NCBI GenBank assembly: GCA_013239625.1
Contig: MU056905.1
Span: 18,355,481-18,419,480, forward strand
Direction of reading: 5' to 3'
From: Lama guanicoe
Taxonomy: Eukaryota
DNA length: 64,000 nucleotides
This document shows, piece after piece, positions 46,543-58,767 of the stretch; within the stretch, counting starts at the first letter, position 1, and each line of letters opens with the position of its first letter. The notes below the pieces were generated by a model. It was not told the origin of the DNA. It searched no databases and saw nothing but the letters and a program-made list of their open reading frames with translations. The position numbers were made by a program, and so were the translations under genes.

Positions 46543-46878
46543 AGAGGTTACAAACCCAAACACAGACAGAAGGCAGGCAGGTGACATACGTGAGTGAGGT
46601 GGGCCAAGTGTAAGAGAAAGCAGGGGTGATAAGGAGGACACTGCCTGCTGGAGAGCAGCTCATCCCAGCCAGCTGAGGACCGCCCTGGGGAAATGGAGCT
46701 GTGGGGTTGCCAGCTTTCAGCGTTTTTCTACAGAAAATTTGGGTGTTTAGTTGTCATCTCCTAGTTTTAACTGTATTAAGTGAAAAAAAAATTTTTGGAA
46801 CATATGCCAATCAAACAAAAATAACCTCACACATCTTAGGGCCAAATCTGACCTGCAGCCACCAGTTTGTCCCCTTTG
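46543..46878 (+). mobile_element. hAT-Charlie non-autonomous DNA transposon, MER102-like
   Basis: Starts gaggttacaaacccaaa...ggcaggcaggtgacatacgtgagtgagg and ends gggccaaatctgacctgcagccaccagtttgtcccctttg, resembling the recalled MER102 consensus. Confidence 0.65.
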
Positions 46879-48903
46879 TTTTAAGGTCCTTACTATTTTA
46901 ATGAATGTTAATGGGCTGCCTTTAAAATAGCACCCAAAGTAATAAAATGCCTAGGAATAAATCTAACCAAGGAGGTGAAAGAATTATACCCAGAAAACTA
47001 TAANNNNNNNNNNNNNNNNNNNNNNNNNNNNNNNNNNNNNNNNNNNNNNNNNNNNNNNNNNNNNNNNNNNNNNNNNNNNNNNNNNNNNNNNNNNNNNNNN
47101 NNNNNNNNNNNNNNNNNNNNNNNNNNNNNNNNNNNNNNNNNNNNNNNNNNNTATTTCACAGAACTAGAACAAAATCATAATAAAATTTATATGGAACCAT
47201 CAAAGACCTAGAATTGCCAAAGCATTACTGAACAGAAATAAAGAGGTTGGAGGAATAACTCTCCCAGACTTCAGGCAATACTATAGAGCCACAGTCATCA
47301 AGACAGCATGGTATTGGTACAAAAACAGACATATAGACCAATGGAACAGAACAGAGAGTCCAGAAATGAACCCACAAACTTTTGGTCAACTAATCTTCAA
47401 CAAAGGAGGCAAGAATATACAATGGAATAAAGACAGTCTCTTCAGCAAGTGGTGTTGGGAAAACTGGACAGCAGCATGTAAATCAATGAAGCTAGAACAC
47501 TCCCTTACACCACACACAAAAAAAAACTCAAAATGTATCAAAGACTTAAACATAAGACAAGATACAATAAACCTCCTAGAAGAAAACATAGGCAAAACAT
47601 TATCTGACATACATCTCAAAAATGTTCTCTGAGAACAGTCTATTCAAGCACTAGAAATAAAAGCAAGAATAAACAAATGGGACCTAATTAAACTTACAAG
47701 CTCTTGCATAGCAAAGGAAACTATAAGCAAAACAAAATGACAAACTACAGAATGGGAGAAAATCTTTGCAAATGAAATTGACAAAGGCTTGATCTCCAGA
47801 ATATAAAAGCAGCTCATATGACTTAATAAGAAACAACCNNNNNNNNNNNNNNNNNNNNNNNNNNNNNNNNNNNNNNNNNNNNNNNNNNNNNNNNNNNNNN
47901 NNNNNNNNNNNNNNNNNNNNNNNNNNNNNNNNNNNNNNNNNNNNNNNNNNNNNNNNNNNNNNNNNNNNNNNNNNNNNNNNNNNNNNNNNNNNNNNNNNNN
48001 NNNNNNNNNNNNNNNNNNNNNNNNNNNNNNNNNNNNNNNNNNNNNNNNNNNNNNNNNNNNNNNNNNNNNNNNNNNNNNNNNNNNNNNNNNNNNNNNNNNN
48101 NNNNNNNNNNNNNNNNNNNNNNNNNNNNNNNNNNNNNNNNNNNNNNNNCCATATGACCCAGGAATCCCGCTCCTGGACATATATCCAGAAGGAACCCTAC
48201 TTCAAAATGACACCTGCACCCCAATGTTCATAGCAGCACCATTTACAATAGCCAAGACATGGAAACAGTCTAAATGTCCGTCAACAGTTGACTGGATAAA
48301 GAAGCGGTGGTATATTTATACAATGGAATACTACTCAGCCATAAAAACCGACAACACCATTTGCAGCAACATGGATGCTCCTGGAGAATGTCATTCTAAG
48401 TGAAGCCAGAAAGAGAAAGAAAAATGCCATATGAGATCGCTCATATGTGGAATCTAAAATCAAAACAAAACAAAACAAGCATAAATACAAAACAGAAATA
48501 GACTCATAGACATAAAATACAAACTTGGTGGTTGCCAAGGGGGCGGAGGGTGGAAAGGGATAGACAGGATTTCAAAACTGTAGAACAGATAAACAAGATT
48601 ATACTGTATAGCACAGAGAAATATACACAAGATCTTATGGTAGCTCACAGAGAAAAAAATGTGACAATGAATATACATATGTTCATGTATAACTGAAAAA
48701 TTGTGCTCTACACTGGAATTCGACACATTGTAAAATGATTATAAATCAACAAAAAATGTTAAAAAACAAAACAAAAACAAAACAAAAAACAAAAAACAAA
48801 AATAACCTCACACATCTGAGGGCGAAATCTGACCTGCAGCCACTAGTTTGTCCCCTTTGATTTAAGGTTCTTACTAGTTTAATGAATGTTAATGGGCTGC
48901 CTT
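46813..48903. repeat. ~110-bp direct repeats flanking the L1 (46813-46922 and 48794-48903)
   Basis: Gap-free alignment at offset 1981 with 6 mismatches counted by eye. Confidence 0.92.
46923..48793 (+). mobile_element. 5'-truncated LINE-1 (3' part of ORF2, 3' UTR, A-rich tail); ORF2 disrupted
   Basis: Peptides [32 protein letters not shown] and [11 protein letters not shown] are typical of L1 ORF2p. In-frame stop near 47630. Tail decayed to (CAAAA)n. Contains two N gaps. Confidence 0.95.
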
Positions 48904-49094
48904 AACAGACTTAGGTTCTCTTCCTTGAAGTGTAAAATTAACAGAAACGCAAAAATTTATATCTTCCGTTAGAACTACAGAGCTGTAGTGGGATCTTCCA
49001 CTTTTACTGTATATACTTCTATTAGTTTTAATTTTTTTAATAGTAAGCACATGTCACTTTCGTGCTAAAAAGAACAGAAATCTGGAAATAAAAA

Positions 49095-49305
49095 ACAGGT
49101 GGTTTTGCATCCCACAGGCTATATCTGGCAGTAGCTGGAGGCATTCTTGACTGTCACAACCCAGGTAGTCCTCGGGGGTGGGTAGTCTCACTGGTATCTA
49201 GTGGATAGAGGCCAGGGATGCTACTAAACATCTACAACACACTCGCCTCCCTGCAACAAAGAATTGTCCAGCCCCAAATGGCAACAGTGGCTGAGAAACC
49301 CCAAT
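49095..49305. mobile_element. MER20-like hAT element
   Basis: ctggtatctagtggatagaggccagggatgctactaaacatc...caacaaagaattgtccagccccaaatg...ctgagaaaccc. Confidence 0.8.
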
Positions 49306-49563
49306 GCACTTAAGTGAAACACAAACTTGTGGACCTAGAACATATCTGAAAGGTTAAGGGGCAACTAACGTCAGAAAGCATTTTGTATGTTAGCTGAAAA
49401 CTAATGATTGGCTGACATTTCTATTTCTTACCTGTAGATATTAAAGATAATAGCGAGAGTGTATTATTAAATAGCCACACCCTGACAGATCCTCCCCAGA
49501 GTTACTGTGGATTTGCCCCTCATTTGCAATGATTTACCAGTAGATAGAACATAGGACAGCTAC

Positions 49564-49622
49564 CTGGCAAAGGTGATTTAGTGATGTCTGCCGTCTCAGA
49601 ATTTGGGAAAATCTTCTCGACA
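49564..49622 (-). CDS. RFX4: RFX4 coding exon 10 (59 bp)
   Basis: (L)SRRFSQILRRQTSLNHLCQ. Acceptor ttgcag|TG, donor CAG|gtagct. Confidence 0.97.
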
Positions 49623-51149
49623 CTGCAAGAAGAAAAGAATGAGTGTGAAATATTTGCATTCTTTGTGGCCTCTCTGCAGGCAGATTTCAAGAAGTACCTT
49701 CCTTATTGTTTAACTTTGTCTCACTGTCCAGCACCATTTTCTGCACCCACTGGCAAAACCCTGCGTTTGATTCTTTGTTCTCCCATTCGGACAGCTGTTT
49801 CCTAAAATGGTGATATTTGCAGTACATATTTCAGAGTTGCCCACACACCACACTGGCAGGTGTGAGAAACTGTGACGTCAATCAACCGTGAGTAAGAGCA
49901 ATTATTTACTTGTCTTTCATTTCGCTAATTGCAAGCTCAATCACTTCTTCCTACAAATAACTGCAGAAATCAAGTGGAAGCTTTGAAAAAGGCCGTTTAA
50001 AAAGTAGTATCTCTACTAGGAAACCTTGATTGAGCCTTAGTGGTGTGTGGCGTTTGGTGTTGCTTCTAGGATGGAACCCTGGGCAGCACCTTGAATGTGG
50101 CTTTGCATTCATAATCTGTCATTTTTATCCAACGATCTCCATGACCTATTGTGTGTTCTGATGATCTTGTGCCCTTGGTTGACATAACAGGCTGATGCTT
50201 TGAAGTCGGGTGATCTCTTATCTGTAGATTTAGAAGTAGACAGGCCATGTGCCAGCCTAAGGTCTTCATCCTTACAGAGTCATTCGGAGTGCTGTGTGTC
50301 TCCATTCCTTGCACGTTCTTGAAGTGCACCCCCAAGGCTTCCCGAGAAGAGCGGTTACCTAGGGGCACCCACAGGTGGCAGGTCCAACAAACCTCCTAGC
50401 AGCAGACTTTCAACAGGTCTGTTTTGCCAGCGTAATTAATGTGCGGGGCATTCTTCTCATTAATTTCTGAACTGGTCAAGAAACAGAAATTTCCCTGGGA
50501 TTATTCTAATTTGTACTCAGAGCCAGCTTGGTTTGAAAAATAAGGCATGGGGTAGAGGAACAGGGGGGTAGAATGGGGGGACAGATGAACTTCTAATTTT
50601 CCAGGCCGATCAATCGTTAATCCTTCTCCTTAATTACTTTTTCTTTAACTTTGTGATGTGGAATTTAGTGCTCATGAAAAGAAAAGAACTGAGAACCGTG
50701 AAATAAAGCAGGCTTTATCAATAGGTGATGGGCACTGCAGGCGGCCTCAAAGCACGTCTGAAAGGGCCCCCTGTGCCTGTGGAGAGAGGGTAATTTGATC
50801 TCCTTCATTTTCCTTGCTGGCACTTATTTTGGGCAAGAATGGCAAGCTGTATTCAAACGGGGCTTTAAGAAACATATATCTTAAAAGTTTGTTTTGCTTA
50901 AAATCATTTCATCTCTGTTTAATAGCACGTGTCTTCCCACAAGTACAAACGCATCGAGACAGAGAAACAGGACCAGTTTTCTCAGGCAAAACAAACACTG
51001 GGGAATGAGTGCTGATGCTCAGCAGAGAAAAGATTCATGAAGTATTAATTTTGCTTTCTCATTAGGCAGAGAATTAAATATGGCAAGCCCTGAAGCCATT
51101 TTCTGTCTTCTGCTACCCCCCATTTTGTGGGCAGGAGCTTTGGGGAAAT

Positions 51150-51535
51150 CTCAGGTTTGAGTCAGACAGATTTGAGTTTGACTCCTGGCCCTTAGTTACC
51201 AGTTGTGTGGCTTTGGGAAAGTTTCTTTGCCTCTGGGAGCCTCATCTGTAGAACAGGAATACTGCTTCCTATGTCACATAGGTGGGTGAGGATTAAATGG
51301 GATAAGGAGCATGGCAGTGATGAGCAGAAACTTTGGCCCCAGAGAGACAGACCTGGGGGCCAATCCTGTCTCTGCTGCTTACTCCCTCTCTAAGCCTGTT
51401 TCATTTTCTGTACAGGAGAGGTGTGCCATCCATCATAAACATTTTGTGAGGATTAAATAAGTTAATGCATGGAAAGTGCTAAGCATAATACTTGGTGTTT
51501 TGTAGGCATCAGTAAACAGTAGCTGTTACTATTAT
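51150..51535 (+). mobile_element. Tandem MIR SINEs
   Basis: ctcatctgtagaacaggaata...gtgaggattaaatg; gtgaggattaaataagttaatgcatggaaagtgct. Confidence 0.7.
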
Positions 51536-51614
51536 TTTATTAACAACCTACATAAAATGCTTGGCACTAAAATGTTATCCTTCCTCTCACTCTGCTCCCA
51601 AACTCAGTACTTAC

Positions 51615-51715
51615 ATTCAAACTTGATGTTTCGCAAATTTTCTGGGAGGTCGTGGAGAGCCACTTTTAGCCATTCATCCAGCTGCTTGGCAAACTTTCGG
51701 ATCACCTGAGTTAAG
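51615..51715 (-). CDS. RFX4: RFX4 coding exon 9 (101 bp)
   Basis: (S)[33 protein letters not shown](L). Acceptor ttctag|C, donor T|gtaagt. Phases match both neighbours. Confidence 0.97.
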
Positions 51716-52710
51716 CTAGAAAGAGAAATGACACGTGTTAAGCACCTCATGTGTTGCCCAGTCCTCCCAGAAGGCCCTTACAGAGTCTTATTCCTCTGCT
51801 TATGTTCTGGCTGCAACTATTAAGTGCCACTGACAGCAGCAACCTCAGGGACAGAGCTGGCAGCTCAAGCCCTGAGGAGCACTGCTGGGTCTGAGAAGGG
51901 TGCGGACAGAATGTGCTCTGGTGCCAACGCTGGTCGACGAGGGAGATACAGAACACACAAGAGTGGGGGAAAGCCCACTGCAAGGCTTGACGGCATCCAG
52001 AACTCCTCCTGAGAGCAAAACACCAACCTTCGTGTCTTTGAAGAGGCTTGTGGGAGGGATGATGACAGTGGGCGGCGGGCCTGAGAGGGCCATTTTACAA
52101 TTGGCCCGTCCTCCTCATGCTGCCTAGTCTTTCTGAGCTCCCCAGCCAGGCAGGAGCCTCATCTGCAGCATATCACCATGTCTGCCCGCCCAGCCCGGGC
52201 TCAGGCTTACTGAACTGCTTGCCTCTTGGCAGGAACTCGGAAGCAACAGCCTATTTTTAAACTGGCAAACAACCCTGACAAGGACCTTGAAACCATGTCA
52301 GATTTGGAAAGTCAAGGACTATTTGGGGGCAGGAGGTGGAAGAGGGGCCGAAGAGGTGAAGGGTTGAGAGGGCAGTCAGTTGCAATATGAGTTGGGGATT
52401 TAGAGTTGAGCACCATTTGCAGGCTCTCACTACCAGAAACAGCTGCTCATAGTCCTAGGTCTAGGGTCCTCCATGAGGTCCTCCTTAGTCATACCAGCCA
52501 CAGGGACCTCTTCCCATGCTGACCATCCACACCATCTTTGCCTTCCACCAACACTGCCTACCCTGCCCTTGTTCAGTCTCTCACTGATTCTCCCCTAAGC
52601 TGGGCAGTTCTAGTGTGTTTCTCTGCTCACTCACTCTTTCCTTTTCCATGACTAATTCCAACCTTCTCCATGGCCCTCACACTTCCAATCCCCCAACTCC
52701 ACCCTCTCCA

Positions 52711-52724
52711 CCAGCAGGTGGCAT
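52711..52724 (+). promoter_or_regulatory. Candidate CTCF motif
   Basis: CCAGCAGGTGGCAT matches CCASYAGRKGGCRS at 13 of 14 positions. Binding is not shown. Confidence 0.4.
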
Positions 52725-52799
52725 CACTTACTCCTTCTCAGGGAAAACAAGCCCCCAAAGAAGTCAGTATTCCACCATCTGCCTTCTTGGTGGATCAGG

Positions 52800-55010
52800 C
52801 AGCCAGCGCCATCTCTTCCCCTCCTGCCTTCTTAGGAACCTTCCATTACTGACTGCTGCTTCTCCTGTATATTCCACCCTTTCTTCTCTCTTGATCATTC
52901 CTCTCATCACTGTAATGTGTTCAAGAATGTCTCACCTTGAAAACAAAAAACCCTCTTACTTCTCTCTTTCTTCCACTTCACAGACATGCTTCTGCAGACG
53001 TCTCTAGACTCTCTGGCTCCTCTACCTCACCTCCCACTCACTTCTCACCTCACTCCTGTCCCTCAGCCTACACAGCTCCCACCCAGGCAGCAAACTCCAT
53101 CTGTGACACAAACCCAGTGGACTCATGCTGGTCCTCATCTTGCTTGACATCTTGCAGCATTTGGCTGTTAGCTCTCTCTGCCTTTTGGAAACATTTGCTT
53201 CCCTTAGCATTTTTGACCTCTCCATCTTCTAGCTACTTCTCCTCAGTCACAAAGCTTAGCCCCCTCTACCTGGCCATTACTTGTCCTTCAGTTCTTACAA
53301 GTCTAGTCCTGGGCCCTCTCTTAGCAAGTCATGTTCCTTCCCTGGAGAGTTTCTCCATGCCCACAGCTCCAGGCACCATCTACACGCACTTTCATTTCTC
53401 GGGAGCAGAGGACTTCACAACTCCAGGCCAACTGTATGCAGGCCCCTTTTGAAGGATACCACCATTTCGAAACCCCAAAGGCCCATCAAACTCGACGTGT
53501 CCAAACTGAATTCAACATTTCCTTGTTAGATCTGGTCTTTTCTTGTGTTCCCTATTTCAGTGTGACCTCTACTTGCCGTGAATTTTTGTTTCCAATGTTT
53601 TTATTATGAAAAATTTCAAGCCTCCAAGTACCCATGACCCAGCATCAACAATTAGCAATACTCTTTCTTTTCTAAAGCACTTTAAGCAAATTCAAGATGT
53701 TATAACATTTCACCCCTAAAAGCTTAGTATGCATATCTGACAAGTTTTAAATGTGTATTTACATATGTACACACATACACAAACATTCAAAATCACCATG
53801 CCATTGTTATACCTCACAGAATGAACAGTAATTCCTTAATATTATCTAACATCCAGTCTGTAGTCAAATTTCTCTCTTTCTCTCAGAGACATCTTTTAGT
53901 TTGTCTGAATGAGGATTCAAACAAAGCCAACCCATTGCATACAATATATATAACATTCTATTCCTTAAGTCTTTAAAATAAACTCTATTTCAGGCCGTTG
54001 GTTTATTGGCAACATCGTGTTACTTGTTCTCTGGAATATCCCACATTCTGATTTGGTTGATTTCTTCCTCATAGTGCCATTTAACTGTTCACCTATGCTG
54101 TGTGCTTCCTGTAAACCAGCATTTAGGTCTAAAGACTTGATTAAATTCAGTTACAATTTTTTAAGCAAGAAAACCTCGTAGGTGGTCCCTGTGCATTGCG
54201 TCATGAGGCTTATGATGTCTGGTTGTTCCTCTATTTGGGGATCTAGTTTTGAGAGTTAAATAGTCTTTCTTTCCATTACCAAGTACTGCAGAGTTTATCT
54301 CCAGGTTACCTCTCAACCTCATCCAGTTTTCTCCTTACTTACCGCAGCATCTCTCACCTGGGCCACCACAGTAGATTCTAAAGAGTCTACCCTGCCCTGC
54401 TCACCTCCCCACCTCCACCCCATCTTCTATGTTGTAAGAGGGATTTTTTCTAAAACACTTGCAATTCTCATTATTTCACCTTCTGATTAAAACTCTCCAA
54501 TGCCTTTACATTATTCTTAGGATAGAAATCAAAATCCTCACATGACCCCCAAGACTCATAATCCAGCCTTGCTTTCTTCTCCAGCTTCATCTTGCACTTT
54601 TTTCCTTCATCAACATTTCAGCTCCAGTAGCCTCCATCTATCTCGTCAGGGCCTCTGCCCTTAGCATCCTTCAATGCAAGAGCATCTCACCCCTCTTCAC
54701 CTATTCAATTCCTCCTCAACTATCTGATCTCAGACTAGACATTACTTCCACAGGAAAACCTTCTCTAAAGCCCCCTAGGCTAGCTCAGAGCCCCCATTAT
54801 TCTTGAAGGGCCCTATAGTTGTGATGGTTTGTTACTATATGCTAGCTTGTGTGACTGTCTGATTAATGTCCATCTTTCCCACTATACGCTCCATGTAGAG
54901 GTCAGAGACTGTCTATTTTGCTTCTCACTGTATCCTTAGTACCTAGCATAGTGCCAGACACCTAGTAGGCACATAAGAAAAGTTTGTTCAGTGAAATAAA
55001 TGAATGAGTG
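52800..55010 (+). mobile_element. L2 LINE remnants, split by the L1MC fragment
   Basis: Pyrimidine-rich L2 body ending tcactgtatccttagtacctagcatagtgccagacacctagtaggcac...aatgaatga. Confidence 0.7.
53580..54235 (-). mobile_element. Old L1MC-like 3'-UTR fragment inserted in L2 sequence
   Basis: ttttattatgaaaaatttcaa...cagcatcaacaatta...catttcacccctaaa...aattccttaatattatctaa. Confidence 0.65.
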
Positions 55011-56499
55011 GCTCTCAATCCCCAATTGGACGGACCTCAGATGTTTCCCACAAGATCCTACACAAACTGTTTCCCCTTTTTATCTCAGACCTCAGCTCCT
55101 CCTATTTTTCCCTAGCTTAGTCCATTCCCTCAGCACCAGCCCCCTTTCTGTTTCTCCAGGCCTTTGCCCTTCTTGCCAGGGCCTCTACACTTGCTGTTCC
55201 CTCTGCCTGGAAAGCTCCTGCCCAGACAGTGGCATGGATCCCTCCTTACCAACTTCAAGAGTCTGTTCAAGTGCTGACTACAGTACTGATCATCCCTGGT
55301 CTCCCCACTCTCAGCTCCTCCTACTATCTCAACATGCTTGATCCTGCCATATGTTTTAAATAGATTACTCTGGCTTCTGTGATGAAAATCAACTACCAGA
55401 AGGCAGGACAGAACAGGGAGATCTATTCAGAGGTTACTGCAATAATCCAGGCAAGAGAGTAGCCTAGATGAAGGTGGTAACAGTGGAGATGTGTGATATG
55501 GTCAGAGTAAAATATTTTAAAGTCAGAATCAATAGGATTTCTTGGTGAGTGGATGTGAGTGTATCAGGGAAGAATGGAGTCAAGTATCTCTTCCCCCCCA
55601 AAAAAGGGGTATCTGCATCCCCCATGCCTAGGAGAGTGCCTGATACACAGGAGGTGCTTAATAAATGTTGACTACTGAGTGAACCAAAAGTACCACATGT
55701 GTAATAAAGCCAAAGTTCAAAAACAGTATCTGTTATTAGCACACTGGGTCCAACTTCTAAGTAAAAGACTTCTCAGAATATTTGACTGCTATTGGCAGAG
55801 GTCAAAATTCACAGGAGTGCCAGGAGTGACTGTTTTATGGCTGTCGGACCATTAGGAGGGTGGCTGGTAGTCCTCCACCCAAGACACGTTGGCCACAGGC
55901 ATTACTCGGAGCTGGAATGGGGGAGCCGGCTTTTGTGTGGGAGCAGGAAGTAAGCAACAGGACCACTGATGAGGCCTCTCACTTCATGCAGTTGTTTGAT
56001 TTCATTAAGCTGAAGAAAACTGGAATTGGGAGGGATTCACTCAGAAAGGATTCTATTTTAGGACTCAGACTTGGGGTTGCTAGACTTTCAGGAGTAACCT
56101 AAACATTTCAGCTACTCTGCTCTAGTCACTAATGAGCAGGTGAGGACTGGCCTCCTGATCACCTAGTTTAAGAGACAGCTCCCAGCCTGCTCCACCTTTC
56201 TGTAGCATCAGATGATGTGATGCTGAACAACACCCCGTCTTCCTGACATCTCTCCTCCAATGGATGGTGTACACCCTGCAGCCTGATCTCCTCCTGCTGA
56301 CTGGTCCTCATTTCACTTTCTTGGCTCTTCTGCCTCCATTTTACTCCCCAAGTGTGTGACATACATTCTCCTCTCTTCTGTGCACACGATTACCATATCT
56401 ACAACTCCAGCTTCGGCCCTTCTCCTGCATCTTAATTCCACATTTGTACGTCCCTGAATGACCTCCAACAGTAATGCTAGTACAACAGCAAAAGCAGTG

Positions 56500-56750
56500 A
56501 TCAGAGCAGCTACCTTTTAATAAGTGTAATGTGCCAAGCATTATACACTTCACCCACATTTTCTTATTTCATCCTCACATCAACCCTATGAAGTATGTAC
56601 TATTGTTAGTCCCAGCAGAAAGGTGAGAAACTGAGGCTTAGAGAAGTTATTTTATTTGTCCAAAGAGATGCAGCAAGTAATGGAAGAGCCAAGATTCAAG
56701 CCCAGATCTGCCTGGTTCCAAAGCCTGAAGCAGTAACCGTTAACTTACTG
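56500..56750 (-). mobile_element. MIR SINE
   Basis: catcctcacatcaaccctatgaagta...gaaactgaggcttagagaagtt...gattcaagcccagatctg. Confidence 0.75.
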
Positions 56751-57129
56751 CAGTCTCAGATGATGAAAATTCCTGTGCTGTGCACATTGAGATTCCCTGT
56801 TTCTCCCCATTTCCAGACCAGTGCCTTCTGCCTTTTCGTCAGGGCACTGCTACTGCTTCAGCATCTCAGGCTCAGTCCTCAGTCTTCTCATTGCTTCTTT
56901 GCTATCTTCTCCTCCCTGATCATCTACCTCCTCCTCTGCCCCGCAAAACACACACGTTAATGTACGCTCTCTTACTTCTGCTAAACCTGTCATTAACAAC
57001 CACTGTGCTAAAGGTAACAAAAGGTAAAAAGGCCAAGTTTGTGAATGGGCAATGTTTTTTATAAATCAGAGTGTGTATTCATGGTTATCCCTATACCATT
57101 ATCACTTATTCACCTAAAAGCATATTTCA

Positions 57130-57515
57130 ATAAGCCATACAGAGTTGGAAAGGAGGTGTGATTAAATTAAGGATCTTGAAATGCAACTTGGATGTTATAA
57201 CTAGATGGATCTTAAATCCAATGACAGTCCTTCTAAGAGAAAAGTGAGACCTAGAGTGGGAGTCAATGTGAAGATGGAGGCAGAGACTGGAACAATGCAT
57301 CTACAAGTCAAGGAACACCAAGGATTGATGGCAACAATTAGAAGCTAGGAGACAGGCACGGAATGATTCTCCCTCAAAGACTCTGAAAGGAACCAACTCT
57401 GACACCACCTTGATTTCAGGCTTCCGGCCCCCAGAACTGTGAGAGAATAAATATCTGTTTTTATCAGCCACCCTGTCTGTGTACTTTGTTACTGCAATCC
57501 TAGGAAACTAACACA
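57130..57515 (+). mobile_element. MaLR solo LTR (MLT1B/C-like)
   Basis: gtgaagatggaggcagagactgga...caaggaacaccaagga...ccagaactgtgagagaataaat...ggaaactaacaca. Confidence 0.85.
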
Positions 57516-58603
57516 CTGCATGTGTTAACAAACTAACACCATGTAAAAGAAGGTACTTAAAACATCATTCATCACAGCACTGTAGTAGGACAAGACAGGA
57601 AACATCAAGACAACAGATTAAATCCAATACAGCAGAACAACATGCAGGTATAAAAAGAAGAAAAAAGCTCTTTATGGAACTGAGACTGATGTAGAATCCT
57701 CTCTGGAACAGTCCCAACAGGAAACAGATGCCACTCAAAACAGTAAAGTTTATTTATAAGGGGTACGTCATAAAGGCATACAGAGGCCTAAGAGAACCCA
57801 TAAGGGAGATTGCTGCAACCGGGGGTTGGGCCAGCAGGTTCTCACCCACCTCCATGCCCAAAGGACAACCTGGCAGAGAGGCTGCCTGGAAGCAGCAGAA
57901 CTCTGCGGACAGACAGATGTGGCCAGCGGAGGTGACCTCATAGGAAGGGAGGCATAGAGTCAATCTCCTGACTTCTCCCTCCTCACTCCCTCCCTCCAAC
58001 CTCCCTTCTGATCCCTCATCCCCACTGTTGGCTGATCTGAGCTAGAAGTCAGAGGGAAAGGGAGCCCCATGAGATGCTCCATGTGGTCCTCCCATACCCC
58101 GTCACCTGCTGCAGGGCAGAGGCAGCACGGAGCACAGTGCAGTGCACATCTGGAGGGACATGGAAGCTGTCCTATAATCTCCAAGACTTTTTGTTTTTAA
58201 CAAGGTACCGAACAGTATATATAGCATGTCACCATTCCAGTAAGAAAAATATATGCACTGGTTACATGTGCATAGCAGATCTGGATAGACCTCCAAGTAA
58301 ATGATTATATTTGATGCTCTAGGGAGGGGACCTGGGTATCTGGGGAAGAAGAGTAGGAGGGAGACATTTTACTGATTATCATATTATACTTTTTGAATTT
58401 TGAATGATACAAGTGGTTCAAAATGTTAAACTTTTATTTATATTCAAAAATTTAAATAACATTGAATTTTTCAAAGTCCAATATTAATGATCTTTACAAG
58501 GGAAGCTCCCAAACAGTGCATGGTTATATTCAATAAGTGAGAAGCCAGGAACAACACCTGCTGAGGTCCAGACACGAGGGGATATAAGAAGAAGCGTGCC
58601 CAC

Positions 58604-58767
58604 CTGTCAGGTAACGCCTGCAGCACAGTGGGCATCAGCACTCCGGAGATAGCTTTGTAGAGGATGGAGTCACACACACCAACGATGTTCACCACCGTGG
58701 AGGAACCCAGCACAGGCAGCATGTGGGGCGGCATTCCTTGCCAAAAGTGCAGAAGGAAACTTTGAAC
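58604..58767 (-). CDS. RFX4: RFX4 coding exon 8 (164 bp)
   Basis: [54 protein letters not shown](S). Acceptor tacag|GTT, donor AG|gtgggc. Confidence 0.97.

Noticed and set aside
47366-47632. Functional reverse transcriptase / ORF2 gene
   Set aside because: Part of a 5'-truncated L1 with stops and frameshifts; not an autonomous element.
4432-48148. N runs (4432-4643, 5914-6045, 19471-19634, 38390-38545, 47004-47151, 47839-48148) as biological features
   Set aside because: They are missing or masked data. ORFs crossing them are artefacts and their content cannot be assessed.
48531-48544. X-box half-site GTTGCCAAGG
   Set aside because: It is part of the generic L1 3' UTR and has no second half-site.
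57700-58170. Possible ERVL/MaLR-type LTR fragment
   Set aside because: It looks LTR-like, but I could not assign a family or boundaries with confidence.
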